A stretch of 64,000 bases of DNA from Clostridia bacterium. GTDB taxonomy: Bacteria > Bacillota > Clostridia > RUG12999. Shown here one piece after another: positions 48,873 to 58,958 of this stretch. Where the stretch lies: positions 1,395 through 65,394 of the forward strand of contig JAZQYO010000024.1 in NCBI GenBank assembly GCA_045633565.1. The letters are read 5' to 3'. The notes beneath the pieces were generated by a model that had not been told where the DNA came from, searched no databases, and saw only the letters and a program-made list of their open reading frames with translations. Every line of letters begins with the position of its first letter. Within the stretch, counting starts at the first letter, position 1. The translations under genes were made by a program, and so were the position numbers.

Positions 48873-49649
48873 TTGAAAATGGCAAATTTTGATTTTTTTA
48901 AACTTCCCTTTTTTAGTAGACCCTATAACGTAGCCACCACTATAAACAAAAAGTTTTTGAAAAACGTTTCAATACTGGTCCTTGCGCTTTTATCGGCATG
49001 TTTTTCACTTCTTTGTGTGGCATTTATATTTTTTGCAGGACTTAACAAGTTTGTAGCTCAGATTTTAATTGAGCATCCGGACATACGCAATCTTTTCATA
49101 TCGATTATTCACACATTTGCATCACTTTTCGGAATACTTTACGCTTCATTTTATATTGACAAGAAAAGATATGATGGTAAGATTGTTTCACCCGCAATTT
49201 TCACGGTACTTATTTTCACCATAAATCTGTTCCTTGCGTGGAGATGTTATTTTTTAAACGACCTTGACATTTTGGTCTACATAGTTTCAACTGACGGTAT
49301 AATGCTTTCCATCTTTTTACTGTTTTTGGCAATTCTTCAGTATGATGTTGTAAGCAAAAAAACGTCTCACAGACACATGTCCAGCTCAACAATAAGGGTA
49401 CTTTCTATTATATCCGCAGCATTGTTTGCGTTTTCACTTTTTACATATTACGACTATTTCTCAAGTTTTCTCACAATTATCGCACATACCTCTCTCAGTA
49501 CTTTCCAGACAGACGCACTTGTGCTCTTCTTGTTTATGCTTTCAGAAATTGTTCTTATAATAACAATTGTACTGATGTTCACACTTGAGAGAAGACTTAA
49601 TATTATGCTTAAAGATTTCACAGAAAGAGTGAGAAACAGAAAACATTAA
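48873..49649 (+). CDS. hypothetical polytopic membrane protein
   Basis: 258 aa, 6 or more hydrophobic helices, no recognisable motif. Own terminator downstream (49658–49686). Confidence 0.5.
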   Translation: MKMANFDFFKLPFFSRPYNVATTINKKFLKNVSILVLALLSACFSLLCVAFIFFAGLNKFVAQILIEHPDIRNLFISIIHTFASLFGILYASFYIDKKRYDGKIVSPAIFTVLIFTINLFLAWRCYFLNDLDILVYIVSTDGIMLSIFLLFLAILQYDVVSKKTSHRHMSSSTIRVLSIISAALFAFSLFTYYDYFSSFLTIIAHTSLSTFQTDALVLFLFMLSEIVLIITIVLMFTLERRLNIMLKDFTERVRNRKH

Positions 49650-49798
49650 AAATCCTAAAGCTCCGTTTAGACGGAGCTTTTTTATTGATTAGACCATTTC
49701 TGAAAAGCGAATGAAAAAACCGTGAAAATTGTTGAACAGTTATCCCGCTTATGGTATAATTGCACTTAAGAAAAACAAAAAAAGGTGATTAGATTATA

Positions 49799-50482
49799 AT
49801 GAACAAACCAACTAAATTTGCAGAAGGATTATTTGCTCACGCAATTGCAAATGCTGATGTCCGTGAGCAGCTGGACTCTCTTTCAGCACCATATAAAAAA
49901 CTCATGGCATACTATCGCTGTGCCATGATGGAGATTTCCACCAAGTTCAATGTTTTAAACGAGGCACTATCACTTCAGTATGACAGAAATCCTATCGAAT
50001 CAATCAAAACCCGTATTAAATCCATTGAAAGTATTATGGACAAGCTTTCACGGAAAGGTCTCCCCATATCACTTGAAAGTATTGAGCAAAACATTCATGA
50101 CGTTGCGGGCATAAGAGTTATATGTTCTTTTCCGTCGGACATTTATATGCTTGCCGACAGTCTTTTAAACCAGGACGACGTTATTCTTATCGAAACAAAG
50201 GATTATATCAAAAATCCTAAATCCAATGGCTACCGCAGTCTCCATCTTATTGTAGGTATTCCGATTTTTTTGCACGACCACAAAAAAATTATGAATGTTG
50301 AAATTCAGCTCCGCACCATTTCAATGGACTGGTGGGCAAGTCTGGAGCACAAAATCAGATATAAGAAGGACATAGAAAATCCCAAAGAGTTTGAAGAGCA
50401 GCTCTACACCTGTGCTCAGGTGGGGGCAAACCTTGACAATCAGATGGAAAACCTCTATAAAAAAGTTAACGGTATCACATAA
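49799..50482 (+). CDS. relQ: small alarmone synthetase (RelA/SpoT-domain GTP pyrophosphokinase, RelQ/RelP type)
   Basis: 227 aa. GIRVICSFPSDIY...YRSLHLIV...IQLRTISMDWWASLEHKIRYK synthetase-domain motifs. No HD domain. Confidence 0.85.
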   Translation: MNKPTKFAEGLFAHAIANADVREQLDSLSAPYKKLMAYYRCAMMEISTKFNVLNEALSLQYDRNPIESIKTRIKSIESIMDKLSRKGLPISLESIEQNIHDVAGIRVICSFPSDIYMLADSLLNQDDVILIETKDYIKNPKSNGYRSLHLIVGIPIFLHDHKKIMNVEIQLRTISMDWWASLEHKIRYKKDIENPKEFEEQLYTCAQVGANLDNQMENLYKKVNGIT

Positions 50483-50515
50483 CTGTGATACCGCATTTTT
50501 ATTTTATAAATGAAT

Positions 50516-51358
50516 TTAAGCTTCGTTTTCGCTTCCACACATTTTGATTTTGTCCTTGCAAAGTGCAATTACTCTTTCTCTTGCCTCTCCCATAAACTTT
50601 TTAGGGTCTATAACTGAGTCGTCTTTTAAAACATCACGAACGCCTGCAGTTGCTGCAGCTCTGAGCTCTGTCGCAAAGTTAACCTTGCTCATTCCAAGAG
50701 AAATTGCTTTTTTAACAGATTCCTCAGGCACGCCTGAGCCACCGTGAAGTACAAGCGGAGCAGAAACTGTTTTGCCGATTTCTTCAATACGGTCAAAATC
50801 AAGTTTGGGTTCGCCTTTATAAAAGCCGTGAGCTGTGCCGATTGCAATAGCTAAAATGTCAACACCGGTTTTTTCCACAAATTCTTTTGCTTCGTTAACA
50901 TCTGTATATATGGATTCTTTGGATTCAACGTTATCTTCTTTACCCCCGATTGCACCAAGCTCAGCCTCAACTGTTATACCCATGGGTCTTGCAGTTTCAA
51001 CAACCTGCTTTGTAAGGCGGATATTTTCCTCAAAGCTAAGTTTTGAACCATCAAACATAACAGAAGAATATCCTGCTTTAATAGCAGTCATTACAGCATT
51101 AAAATCGGTGCAGTGGTCAAGATGGAGCGCCACCGGAACCTTTGCTTTATCAGCAAATGTTTTTACCATTGCATAAGCTGCTTCGGGAGTCAGATATTTA
51201 ACAGTGGGCATGGTTGTCTGAATCATAACGGGAGAATTCATTTCCTCTGCCGCTGCAACAATAGCCTGAACCATTTCAAGGTTTTCTGCGTTGAATGCAG
51301 GAACCGCATAATGCCCTTCCTGTGCCTTTTTAATCATGTCAATACTTGATACGTACAT
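50516..51358 (-). CDS. fba: class II fructose-/tagatose-bisphosphate aldolase
   Basis: 280 aa. MYVSSIDMIKKAQEGHYAVPAFNAENLEMVQA and LHLDHC Zn-site motif. Confidence 0.9.
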   Translation of the reverse strand: MYVSSIDMIKKAQEGHYAVPAFNAENLEMVQAIVAAAEEMNSPVMIQTTMPTVKYLTPEAAYAMVKTFADKAKVPVALHLDHCTDFNAVMTAIKAGYSSVMFDGSKLSFEENIRLTKQVVETARPMGITVEAELGAIGGKEDNVESKESIYTDVNEAKEFVEKTGVDILAIAIGTAHGFYKGEPKLDFDRIEEIGKTVSAPLVLHGGSGVPEESVKKAISLGMSKVNFATELRAAATAGVRDVLKDDSVIDPKKFMGEARERVIALCKDKIKMCGSENEA

Positions 51359-51450
51359 TGTCCATTACCTCTTTTACATTATTATATGGAAACATTATAC
51401 TATATTTTGACCGCTCCGTCAAGAAAAAAAGACGCCTGACGACGTCTTTT

Positions 51451-51816
51451 TCATCTTTTTTCAATAAATTCTTTTAACTTTTCAAATGTCTGCTGACTGA
51501 TATCATGCTCTATTTTACAGCTGTCTTCATAGGCGGTCTGCTCGTCCACGCCAATTAAAATAAGCGCCCGTGCAATAAGGTCGTGACGTTCATAAATGCG
51601 CTCAGCAATTTCCATACCCTTGTCTGTAAGAGAAATACCACCATCAGCATCTGTGACAATATATCCCTCTTCACGGAAATTTTTCATTGCAACAGACACG
51701 CTCGGTTTGGTAAATCCAAGCTCTGTTGCAACATCAATGCTGCGAACGTGACCGTTTTTCTTTTTCAGCATTAAAATTGTTTCAAGATAATTTTCTGCCG
51801 ATTCTTTTATTTTCAT
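51451..51816 (-). CDS. DtxR/MntR family metal-dependent transcriptional repressor
   Basis: 121 aa. ESAENYLETIL HTH region characteristic of DtxR/IdeR/MntR. Lies divergent to feoAB. Confidence 0.85.
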   Translation of the reverse strand: MKIKESAENYLETILMLKKKNGHVRSIDVATELGFTKPSVSVAMKNFREEGYIVTDADGGISLTDKGMEIAERIYERHDLIARALILIGVDEQTAYEDSCKIEHDISQQTFEKLKEFIEKR

Positions 51817-51926
51817 ATCGGAAAACCTCGAATTTTGTATTATGAGATTATTGTACCATAAAAAACCCGTTTAGTCAATCACCCCACATACTGGTCAATT
51901 TTACCTGAAATTTTTTCCAAAAACTC

Positions 51927-51980
51927 TTGACAAATTCGGTTAGTTATGCTAAACTAACTTAAGAGTTAGACATATCTAAC
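51927..51980 (+). promoter_or_regulatory. feoA promoter (TTGACA-17-TAAACT) overlapped and followed by two DtxR-type TTAG...CTAA near-palindromes
   Basis: Box 1 TTAGTTATGCTAAACTAA (about 51940–51957) covers the -10. Box 2 TTAGACATATCTAA (about 51966–51979) lies in the 5'UTR. Both resemble the IdeR/DtxR consensus TTAGGTTAGCCTAACCTAA. Confidence 0.45.
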
Positions 51981-52003
51981 CACAAGGAGTGAAATTTTAA
52001 ATT

Positions 52004-52216
52004 ATGAACCTGACTCAAGCTATTCCTGAACAGGAGTACATAATTAAAAATATACAGACAGACGACGAAGAGCTTGATGCTTTTTTGTTTTCGCTCGGCT
52101 GCTACAGCGGTGAAAAAATCACTGTTATCTCTCACCTTAAGGGTGGCTGCATAGTTTCTATAAAGGATGGCAGGTATAATATAGATACTCAGCTTGCAGA
52201 AGCTATTATAATTTAG
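52004..52216 (+). CDS. feoA: ferrous iron transport protein A
   Basis: 70 aa SH3-like FeoA domain. Confidence 0.85.
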   Translation: MNLTQAIPEQEYIIKNIQTDDEELDAFLFSLGCYSGEKITVISHLKGGCIVSIKDGRYNIDTQLAEAIII

Positions 52217-52316
52217 GGATTGACTCTTCAATCCCATTTAATTTGAATTTAAGTTAGTTACGGCTAACTTTAGATTAATAAACCTTACACGCTACATATC
52301 TAAGGAGGAATACATA

Positions 52317-54320
52317 ATGAGAATTGCTTTGGCGGGCAATCCCAACAGCGGTAAAACCACAATGTACAACGCCCTGACAGGACGCAACGAGAAGGTTGGT
52401 AACTGGGCAGGTGTTACTGTTGACAAAAGAGAAAGTGCTATAAAAAAAACCTATACCGACGGCAAGGAATTAATTGCCGTTGACCTTCCGGGTGCATATT
52501 CAATGTCTCCCTTTACTTCCGAAGAAAGTATTACAAGCGTATACGTTAAAAACGAAAAACCCGACGTAATAATAAATATTGTTGATGCCACCAATCTCAG
52601 CCGAAGCCTGTTTTTTACAACACAACTTTTAGAGCTTGGTATTCCAGTTGTTGTTGCACTTAACAAAAGCGATATCAACGATAAGAAAGAAACAAAAATT
52701 GATGCTGAAAATCTTTCTAAACTTCTTGGCTGTCCTGTTGTTGAAACCGTTTCCACATCGGACAAAGGTCTGAAAGCGGTTATGAAAGCGGTCGGGGAAG
52801 TAATCGGCAAACCTCAGTCATCACCCTACACTCAGGGAGAAATTGACTTGACAGACAAGCAAATTGTTGAAGCTGCCGACAGAAAGCGTTTTACATTTGT
52901 TAACAAAATTGTTGATACAGTAGAAACACGTAAAGTTCTTACAAATAAAAAGAACGCACAGGATAAAATTGATGCGGTTCTCACAAACAAATGGATAGGT
53001 CTTCCCATCTTCGCAATTGTTATGTGGTTTGTATTCTGGGTTTCCCAGGCGTGGCTGGGTCCCTGGCTTGCTGACGCAGTTTTATGCCCTATCATTGATG
53101 GTTTCGGTGAACTTGTTGCAGGCTGGATGGAGGGCACCGCTCCTATTCTTCAGACCATTGTTGTTGATGGTATTATCGGCGGCGTAAGCGCAGTGCTTGG
53201 TTTCCTGCCGCTTGTAATGGTAATGTATTTCCTTATCGCTTTACTTGAAGATTGCGGCTATATGGCTCGTGCAACGGTTGTCCTTGACCCCATTTTCAAA
53301 AAAGTTGGTTTGTCAGGCAAATCGGTAATTCCTTTCGTTATCGGTACAGGCTGTGCAATCCCCGGTATTATGGCTTGCCGTACAATCCGTAACGAACGTG
53401 AGCGCAGAGCTACAGCAATGCTTACACCTTTTATGCCCTGCGGCGCAAAGCTTCCTGTTATTGCACTCTTTGCAGGCGCATTCTTTGGTGACAATGCCTG
53501 GGTTGGTACATCAATGTATTTTGTAGGCATTATCCTGATTTTCTTAGGTGCTCTGCTTGTCAACAAAATTGCAGGTCACAAAAACAGAAAATCCTTCTTC
53601 ATCATCGAGCTGCCTGAATATAAAGTTCCCAGTCTCTTAAGAGCTGTTAAATCAATGTGCAGCCGTGGTTGGGCTTACATAGTAAAAGCAGGTACAATTA
53701 TTCTTGTATGTAACGCAGCGGTTACAATTATGCAAGGTTATGGTTGGAATTTCATGCCTACCGAAGAACCCAACACTTCCATCCTTGCTTCAATTGCTAA
53801 TCCTATCGCAATCCTTCTTATTCCCCTCGGATTTGGTACATGGCAGATGGCGGCAGCAGCTGTTACAGGCTTTATCGCAAAGGAAAACGTTGTTGGCACA
53901 CTCGCATCAGTTTATGCAATCTCCAACTTCATTGACGTTGAAGAACTCGCTATGGTTGAAGGAAGTGCAACAGGCGTAGTTGATGCTTTCGGCATCAGCG
54001 CAGTTGCGGCACTTGCATGCCTTATGTTCAACCTGTTCACTCCTCCCTGCTTTGCTGCAATCGGTGCTATGAACTCTGAAATCAAGAGCAGAAAATGGAT
54101 GCTTGGCGGTATCTGCCTCCAGCTTGGAACAGGTTATGTGGTAGCTTATCTTGTATATCAGATAGGTACATTAATTACCGAAGGCACAGTTGGCTCGGGC
54201 TTCGTTCCCGGGTTAATCGCAGTTGTTGCCATGGCAGCAATTGTTATTTATCTTATCAATAAAGCCAACAAAGGACTTAAATCTGAATATGCTTTAAATT
54301 CCAAAAAAGCTGAAATGTAA
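52317..54320 (+). CDS. feoB: ferrous iron transport protein B
   Basis: 667 aa. N-terminal G-domain MRIALAGNPNSGKTTMYNALTG plus gate motifs and a polytopic permease. Confidence 0.95.
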   Translation: MRIALAGNPNSGKTTMYNALTGRNEKVGNWAGVTVDKRESAIKKTYTDGKELIAVDLPGAYSMSPFTSEESITSVYVKNEKPDVIINIVDATNLSRSLFFTTQLLELGIPVVVALNKSDINDKKETKIDAENLSKLLGCPVVETVSTSDKGLKAVMKAVGEVIGKPQSSPYTQGEIDLTDKQIVEAADRKRFTFVNKIVDTVETRKVLTNKKNAQDKIDAVLTNKWIGLPIFAIVMWFVFWVSQAWLGPWLADAVLCPIIDGFGELVAGWMEGTAPILQTIVVDGIIGGVSAVLGFLPLVMVMYFLIALLEDCGYMARATVVLDPIFKKVGLSGKSVIPFVIGTGCAIPGIMACRTIRNERERRATAMLTPFMPCGAKLPVIALFAGAFFGDNAWVGTSMYFVGIILIFLGALLVNKIAGHKNRKSFFIIELPEYKVPSLLRAVKSMCSRGWAYIVKAGTIILVCNAAVTIMQGYGWNFMPTEEPNTSILASIANPIAILLIPLGFGTWQMAAAAVTGFIAKENVVGTLASVYAISNFIDVEELAMVEGSATGVVDAFGISAVAALACLMFNLFTPPCFAAIGAMNSEIKSRKWMLGGICLQLGTGYVVAYLVYQIGTLITEGTVGSGFVPGLIAVVAMAAIVIYLINKANKGLKSEYALNSKKAEM

Positions 54321-54332
54321 AAGGTGATAAAT

Positions 54333-54491
54333 TTGAAAAACATAATTGTCATAGCCATAATAATAGTCATTTTAGGTCTGGCTATCGGCTATATTATAAA
54401 AGCAAAAAAAAGCGGCGCACGATGCATTGGCTGTCCGTCGGGCGGAAAATGCTCCTGCGGATGCTCTGATTGCAAAAATGAAAAACAATAG
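54333..54491 (+). CDS. FeoB-associated Cys-rich membrane mini-protein
   Basis: AAGGTGA RBS, then TTG. Hand translation gives LKNIIVIAIIIVILGLAIGYIIKAKKSGARCIGCPSGGKCSCGCSDCKNEKQ: one TM helix plus a C-terminal Cys cluster. Below the ORF-track cut-off. Confidence 0.55.
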   Translation: MKNIIVIAIIIVILGLAIGYIIKAKKSGARCIGCPSGGKCSCGCSDCKNEKQ

Positions 54492-54649
54492 TTTTTACGG
54501 AGATGTTCAAATGAACATCTCTTTTTTACATAAATTATTAAGCTTTGATGAAACTAATATGAAAGACGAATGAAACTTTCTCAAAAACATTTACAAATTA
54601 TGTTAATTATGTTAGAATTATACTATTATAATTTAATGGAGGGTCCAAG

Positions 54650-57262
54650 TTGACATTTTACAACCAGTCAAGAGAAGACGTACTTAAAGCACTCGGTGTA
54701 AATTCCAAAACAGGTCTTTGTGCCGTGCAAGCAGAAAAACTCTTAAAAACACACGGTGAAAACCGACTTAAAGAAAAGAAAAAGAAAACAAATCTCCAGA
54801 GATTCTTTGACCAGTTCAAGGACGTTATGATACTGATACTTATTGCAGCTGCAATTGTATCTTTTGTTATCGCCTGCGTTGAAAGAAATCCCAAAGAGTT
54901 TTTTGAACCTGCACTTATTCTTTTAATTGTAGTACTGAATGCGCTTATGGGAGTTATGCAGGAAAGCAAGGCTGAAAAGGCACTTGATGCACTTAAAAAT
55001 ATGTCTGCACCTCACGCCAAGGTTCTGCGTGATGGCGTTCAGACCATTATTGATGCATCTGCCCTTGTCCCCGGCGATATTATCCTGCTTGAGGCAGGTG
55101 ACTTTATACCTGCTGACGCAAGACTTTTAACATCAGCAAGTCTTAAAAGTGAGGAATCGGCACTGACAGGCGAATCTGTTCCGTCTGAAAAAGATGCAGA
55201 TGCAGAAATTTCTGAAAATGCTCCTTTGGGTGACCGCAGCAACATGATTTTCTCCGGTTGCTCAGTTTCTTACGGAAGTGCAACTGCAGTTGTAACTGCT
55301 ACCGGCATGGATACTGAAATGGGTAAAATCGCAAACCTTTTGGACAGCGAATCGGACAGTCAGACACCTCTGCAACAAAAGCTTTCTCAGCTTGGTAAAT
55401 ATCTTGGCATAGTTGCTCTTGCCGCATGTGGCGTGATTTTTGCCATCGGCATATTAAACAATATTCACGTTATGGAAATATTTATGACCTCCGTTTCCCT
55501 TGCGGTATCTGCAATCCCCGAAGGTCTACCTGCCATTGTAACAATTGTGCTTTCCATCGGCGTTCAGCGTATGGTTAAGAAAAACGCCCTCATCCGCAGG
55601 CTTCCCGCAGTTGAAACTTTAGGCAGTGCATCAATAATCTGTTCTGACAAAACGGGCACTCTCACCCAGAACAGAATGACACTTGTAAAAGCATACTGCG
55701 ATAGCAATGAAATTGAAGATATCACCGACTCCTGCTCTGACGGAGTGAAAAATCTTTTAATGCTTGGTAGTCTTTGCTCAAATGGGTCGGTAAATTTTGA
55801 GGCAGAAAAAGAGGAACATATCGGCGACCCGACAGAAACCTCAATTATAGTCGCTGCACACAAAAACGGCATGGAAAAAGATGAGTTAAACCATAGCTAT
55901 CCCCGTCTTGCAGAGCTGCCCTTTGACTCGGACAGAAAACTGATGTCCACAATCAATAACATAAACGGCAAAACTGTAGTAATTGTAAAAGGTGCATTTG
56001 ATATGCTGTCCCAGCGATGCATAAAGGGTGATCTTGAAAAAGCAAAGGAAGTAACCGAGCAGATGAGCGAAAATGCTCTTCGTGTTCTTGGTATTGCTTA
56101 TAAAGAAATTGACACAGTTCCCGAAAATCTTACATGCGAAAAAATTGAAAACGGGCTTACATTCCTCGGGCTTGTCGGAATGATTGACCCGCCAAGACCC
56201 GAAGCAAAAGAGGCTGTTAAAATTTGTCGCAGAGCAGGTATAAAACCTGTTATGATTACCGGTGACCACGTCGTTACCGCTTCGGCAATTGCCCAGGAGC
56301 TTGGAATACTGCAGGATGGTGACATGGCAATAACAGGCACACAGCTTGACGCCATGACCGATTCTGAGCTTGACGGCATAGTTGAAAAAATTTCCGTTTA
56401 TGCACGTGTATCTCCCGAAAACAAAATCCGCATAGTAAAAGCATGGCAGAGAAAAGGTCAGGTAGTTTCCATGACCGGTGACGGAGTTAACGATGCTCCT
56501 GCTCTTAAGGCTGCCGATATAGGTTGTGCAATGGGCATAACAGGCACCGATGTAGCAAAAGGTGCTGCCGACATTACTTTAACCGACGACAACTTTGCCA
56601 CAATTGTCGATGCTGTCCGTGAGGGCAGAGGAATTTACGATAACATAAAAAAAGTTGTTGGCTTCCTTCTTGGTACAAACATTGGTGAAGTAATTACAGT
56701 ATTTGTTGCAATGCTGCTCTGGCACAAAACTCCGCTTTTATCCATGCAGCTTCTCTGGATTAACCTTGTAACCGACTCACTTCCGGCAATTGCACTTGGC
56801 ATGGAGCCGGTTGAAAAAGATGTGATGGACAGAAAACCCAAATCCAAAACAGAAGGCATTTTTGCAGGCGGGCTTGGCATACGTGTTGTCCTTTTAGGAC
56901 TTATGTTCGCAATCCTTTCGTTAATTGGTTTTTATCTTGGCGAAAATATTACGGGAAAACTCCAGGGTGGACAGACAATGGCTTTTACCGTTCTTGCACT
57001 TTCACAGGTTATTCAATCCTTTAACATGAGGTCGGATAAATCAATTTTTAAAATCGGTGTGTTTACAAACTCAAAGCTTAACTGGGCAGCTCTTGCCTCA
57101 CTTGTTTTGGTTTTAATTGTTTTATTCACTCCGGTCAGAATTGCTTTCGGTCTTATGATATTACCGGCAAAGCTTTATCTTGCCGCATTTGGACTTATTC
57201 TTGTTCCAACTGTTTTAATGGAGCTTTCCAAACTTTTAGGACTTATCAAACACCGTAACTAA
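54650..57262 (+). CDS. P-type ATPase, Ca2+-transporting (type IIA/IIB)
   Basis: 870 aa. DKTGTLT phosphorylation site, TGDGVNDAPAL hinge, PEGL motif, 10 TM. TTG start after GGAGGG. Confidence 0.9.
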   Translation: MTFYNQSREDVLKALGVNSKTGLCAVQAEKLLKTHGENRLKEKKKKTNLQRFFDQFKDVMILILIAAAIVSFVIACVERNPKEFFEPALILLIVVLNALMGVMQESKAEKALDALKNMSAPHAKVLRDGVQTIIDASALVPGDIILLEAGDFIPADARLLTSASLKSEESALTGESVPSEKDADAEISENAPLGDRSNMIFSGCSVSYGSATAVVTATGMDTEMGKIANLLDSESDSQTPLQQKLSQLGKYLGIVALAACGVIFAIGILNNIHVMEIFMTSVSLAVSAIPEGLPAIVTIVLSIGVQRMVKKNALIRRLPAVETLGSASIICSDKTGTLTQNRMTLVKAYCDSNEIEDITDSCSDGVKNLLMLGSLCSNGSVNFEAEKEEHIGDPTETSIIVAAHKNGMEKDELNHSYPRLAELPFDSDRKLMSTINNINGKTVVIVKGAFDMLSQRCIKGDLEKAKEVTEQMSENALRVLGIAYKEIDTVPENLTCEKIENGLTFLGLVGMIDPPRPEAKEAVKICRRAGIKPVMITGDHVVTASAIAQELGILQDGDMAITGTQLDAMTDSELDGIVEKISVYARVSPENKIRIVKAWQRKGQVVSMTGDGVNDAPALKAADIGCAMGITGTDVAKGAADITLTDDNFATIVDAVREGRGIYDNIKKVVGFLLGTNIGEVITVFVAMLLWHKTPLLSMQLLWINLVTDSLPAIALGMEPVEKDVMDRKPKSKTEGIFAGGLGIRVVLLGLMFAILSLIGFYLGENITGKLQGGQTMAFTVLALSQVIQSFNMRSDKSIFKIGVFTNSKLNWAALASLVLVLIVLFTPVRIAFGLMILPAKLYLAAFGLILVPTVLMELSKLLGLIKHRN

Positions 57263-57287
57263 CTTATCTGCCAAGGAGAAATATTCC

Positions 57288-58814
57288 ATGAACAAAAAAT
57301 GGTTTCGCTCACTTTTTCGACAACGGATGCTTATCGCTTTTCTGCTTATTGTGCAGTTTATCTTTATGGTTTATCTTCTGCACAGCAGCAGCGTGGCTTC
57401 AGATATTACAGCCGGTGTGCTGAAATTTATAAGCGTCGTGGTATCTCTTTATATTTTTTCACGCAAGGATAAAGGTGCGTATAAACTGACATGGGTATTT
57501 ATAATTCTCCTTTTTCCCCTTTTTGGCGGACTGTTTTACCTGATGTTCACCTTTCAGTCAAGCTTCCGTGCTTCTGCAAAAAAGGTGGATGCAGTATCAA
57601 AAAGGACTTCCACATACTTCAATCTGCCGGGCACCGACCTGGGCAGTGCCGCAGACCTTCTCCCCCAGGCATCAACCTCGCTTGACTATATGCAAAACTT
57701 TGCCGGTTTCCCCGTCTACTCAGCCGGCAAAACTGACTATCTTTCCCCCGGGGAAAAGATGTTTGACCGGCTTTTATCAGAGCTTGAAAAAGCAGAAAAA
57801 TATATCTTCCTTGAATATTTTATTATTCAGGAAGGCAAAATGTGGAATGCCATACTTGATGTCTTAAAAAGAAAAGTCGCATCGGGCGTTAAGGTGCGAC
57901 TCATTTATGACGATATGGGGTGCTTTTTCCTGCTTCCCAAAAATTATGCAAAATATCTTGAAGGTTTAGGCATTGAGTGTGTGGTTTTCAACCCTTTCCG
58001 TCCGCTTCTCTCCGTTATCCAGAACAACCGTGACCACAGAAAAATTGCAGTAATTGACGGCAAGGTAGCATTTACCGGCGGAATAAACCTTGCTGATGAA
58101 TACATTAACGCCTATGAAAAGCACGGTCACTGGAAAGATTGCGGCATTATGCTGACAGGCAAAGCCGCATGGGGACTTACAGTTATATTCCTGCAGATGT
58201 GGGAGCTTTGCACCAAAAAAGCAGAGGATTACTCCCTTTACTATCCGGACAAAACTATAGCTCCCGAAACGGGCTTTATCATCCCCTACTCAGACAGTCC
58301 GCTTGACAATGAAAATGTAGGTGAGCACGTTTATCTTAAGATGATAACAGGGGCAAAAAAATATGTGTATATCAACACCCCTTATCTTATAATTGACAGC
58401 AGCACCGTGTCTGCACTGACACTTGCAGCAAAAAGCGGTGTGGATGTGCGGATTGTAACCCCTCACAAATGGGACAAGCGTATTGTTCACATGACCACCC
58501 GGTCCTATTACCGTGAGCTTATAGATGCAGGGGTTAAAATTTACGAATATTCCGGCGGGTTTATTCACTCCAAAACCTTTGTTTCGGATGATTATGCCGC
58601 AACCGTGGGAACGGCAAATCTTGATTTCCGCAGCCTGTATCTTCAGTTTGAATGTGGTGTTTTGATGTATAATACATCTGCGGTAATGGAGATTAAAGAG
58701 GACTTTCTCAAAACTCTCGAAATCTGCCAGCCCATCACAAAAGAAGATTGCCGCTGCAATATGATAACCCGCTTTTCCCAGGATATATTAAGGCTTATAG
58801 CCCCGCTTATGTAA
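57288..58814 (+). CDS. cls: cardiolipin synthase
   Basis: 508 aa. Two N-terminal TM helices and two PLD HKD motifs (HRKIAVIDG and HSKTFVSDD). Confidence 0.9.
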   Translation: MNKKWFRSLFRQRMLIAFLLIVQFIFMVYLLHSSSVASDITAGVLKFISVVVSLYIFSRKDKGAYKLTWVFIILLFPLFGGLFYLMFTFQSSFRASAKKVDAVSKRTSTYFNLPGTDLGSAADLLPQASTSLDYMQNFAGFPVYSAGKTDYLSPGEKMFDRLLSELEKAEKYIFLEYFIIQEGKMWNAILDVLKRKVASGVKVRLIYDDMGCFFLLPKNYAKYLEGLGIECVVFNPFRPLLSVIQNNRDHRKIAVIDGKVAFTGGINLADEYINAYEKHGHWKDCGIMLTGKAAWGLTVIFLQMWELCTKKAEDYSLYYPDKTIAPETGFIIPYSDSPLDNENVGEHVYLKMITGAKKYVYINTPYLIIDSSTVSALTLAAKSGVDVRIVTPHKWDKRIVHMTTRSYYRELIDAGVKIYEYSGGFIHSKTFVSDDYAATVGTANLDFRSLYLQFECGVLMYNTSAVMEIKEDFLKTLEICQPITKEDCRCNMITRFSQDILRLIAPLM

Positions 58815-58958
58815 ACAATTAAAAGGCTGAACGAAATGAATCGTTCAGCCTTTTGTTGTAGGGACCGGCGTCCTCGACGGTCCGTTTCGAGGTGATAGGA
58901 TTATCCTATTTTTGGGAGAAATGCCATACATCTTCCCTGCTTGTTACAGTAGCGAACA

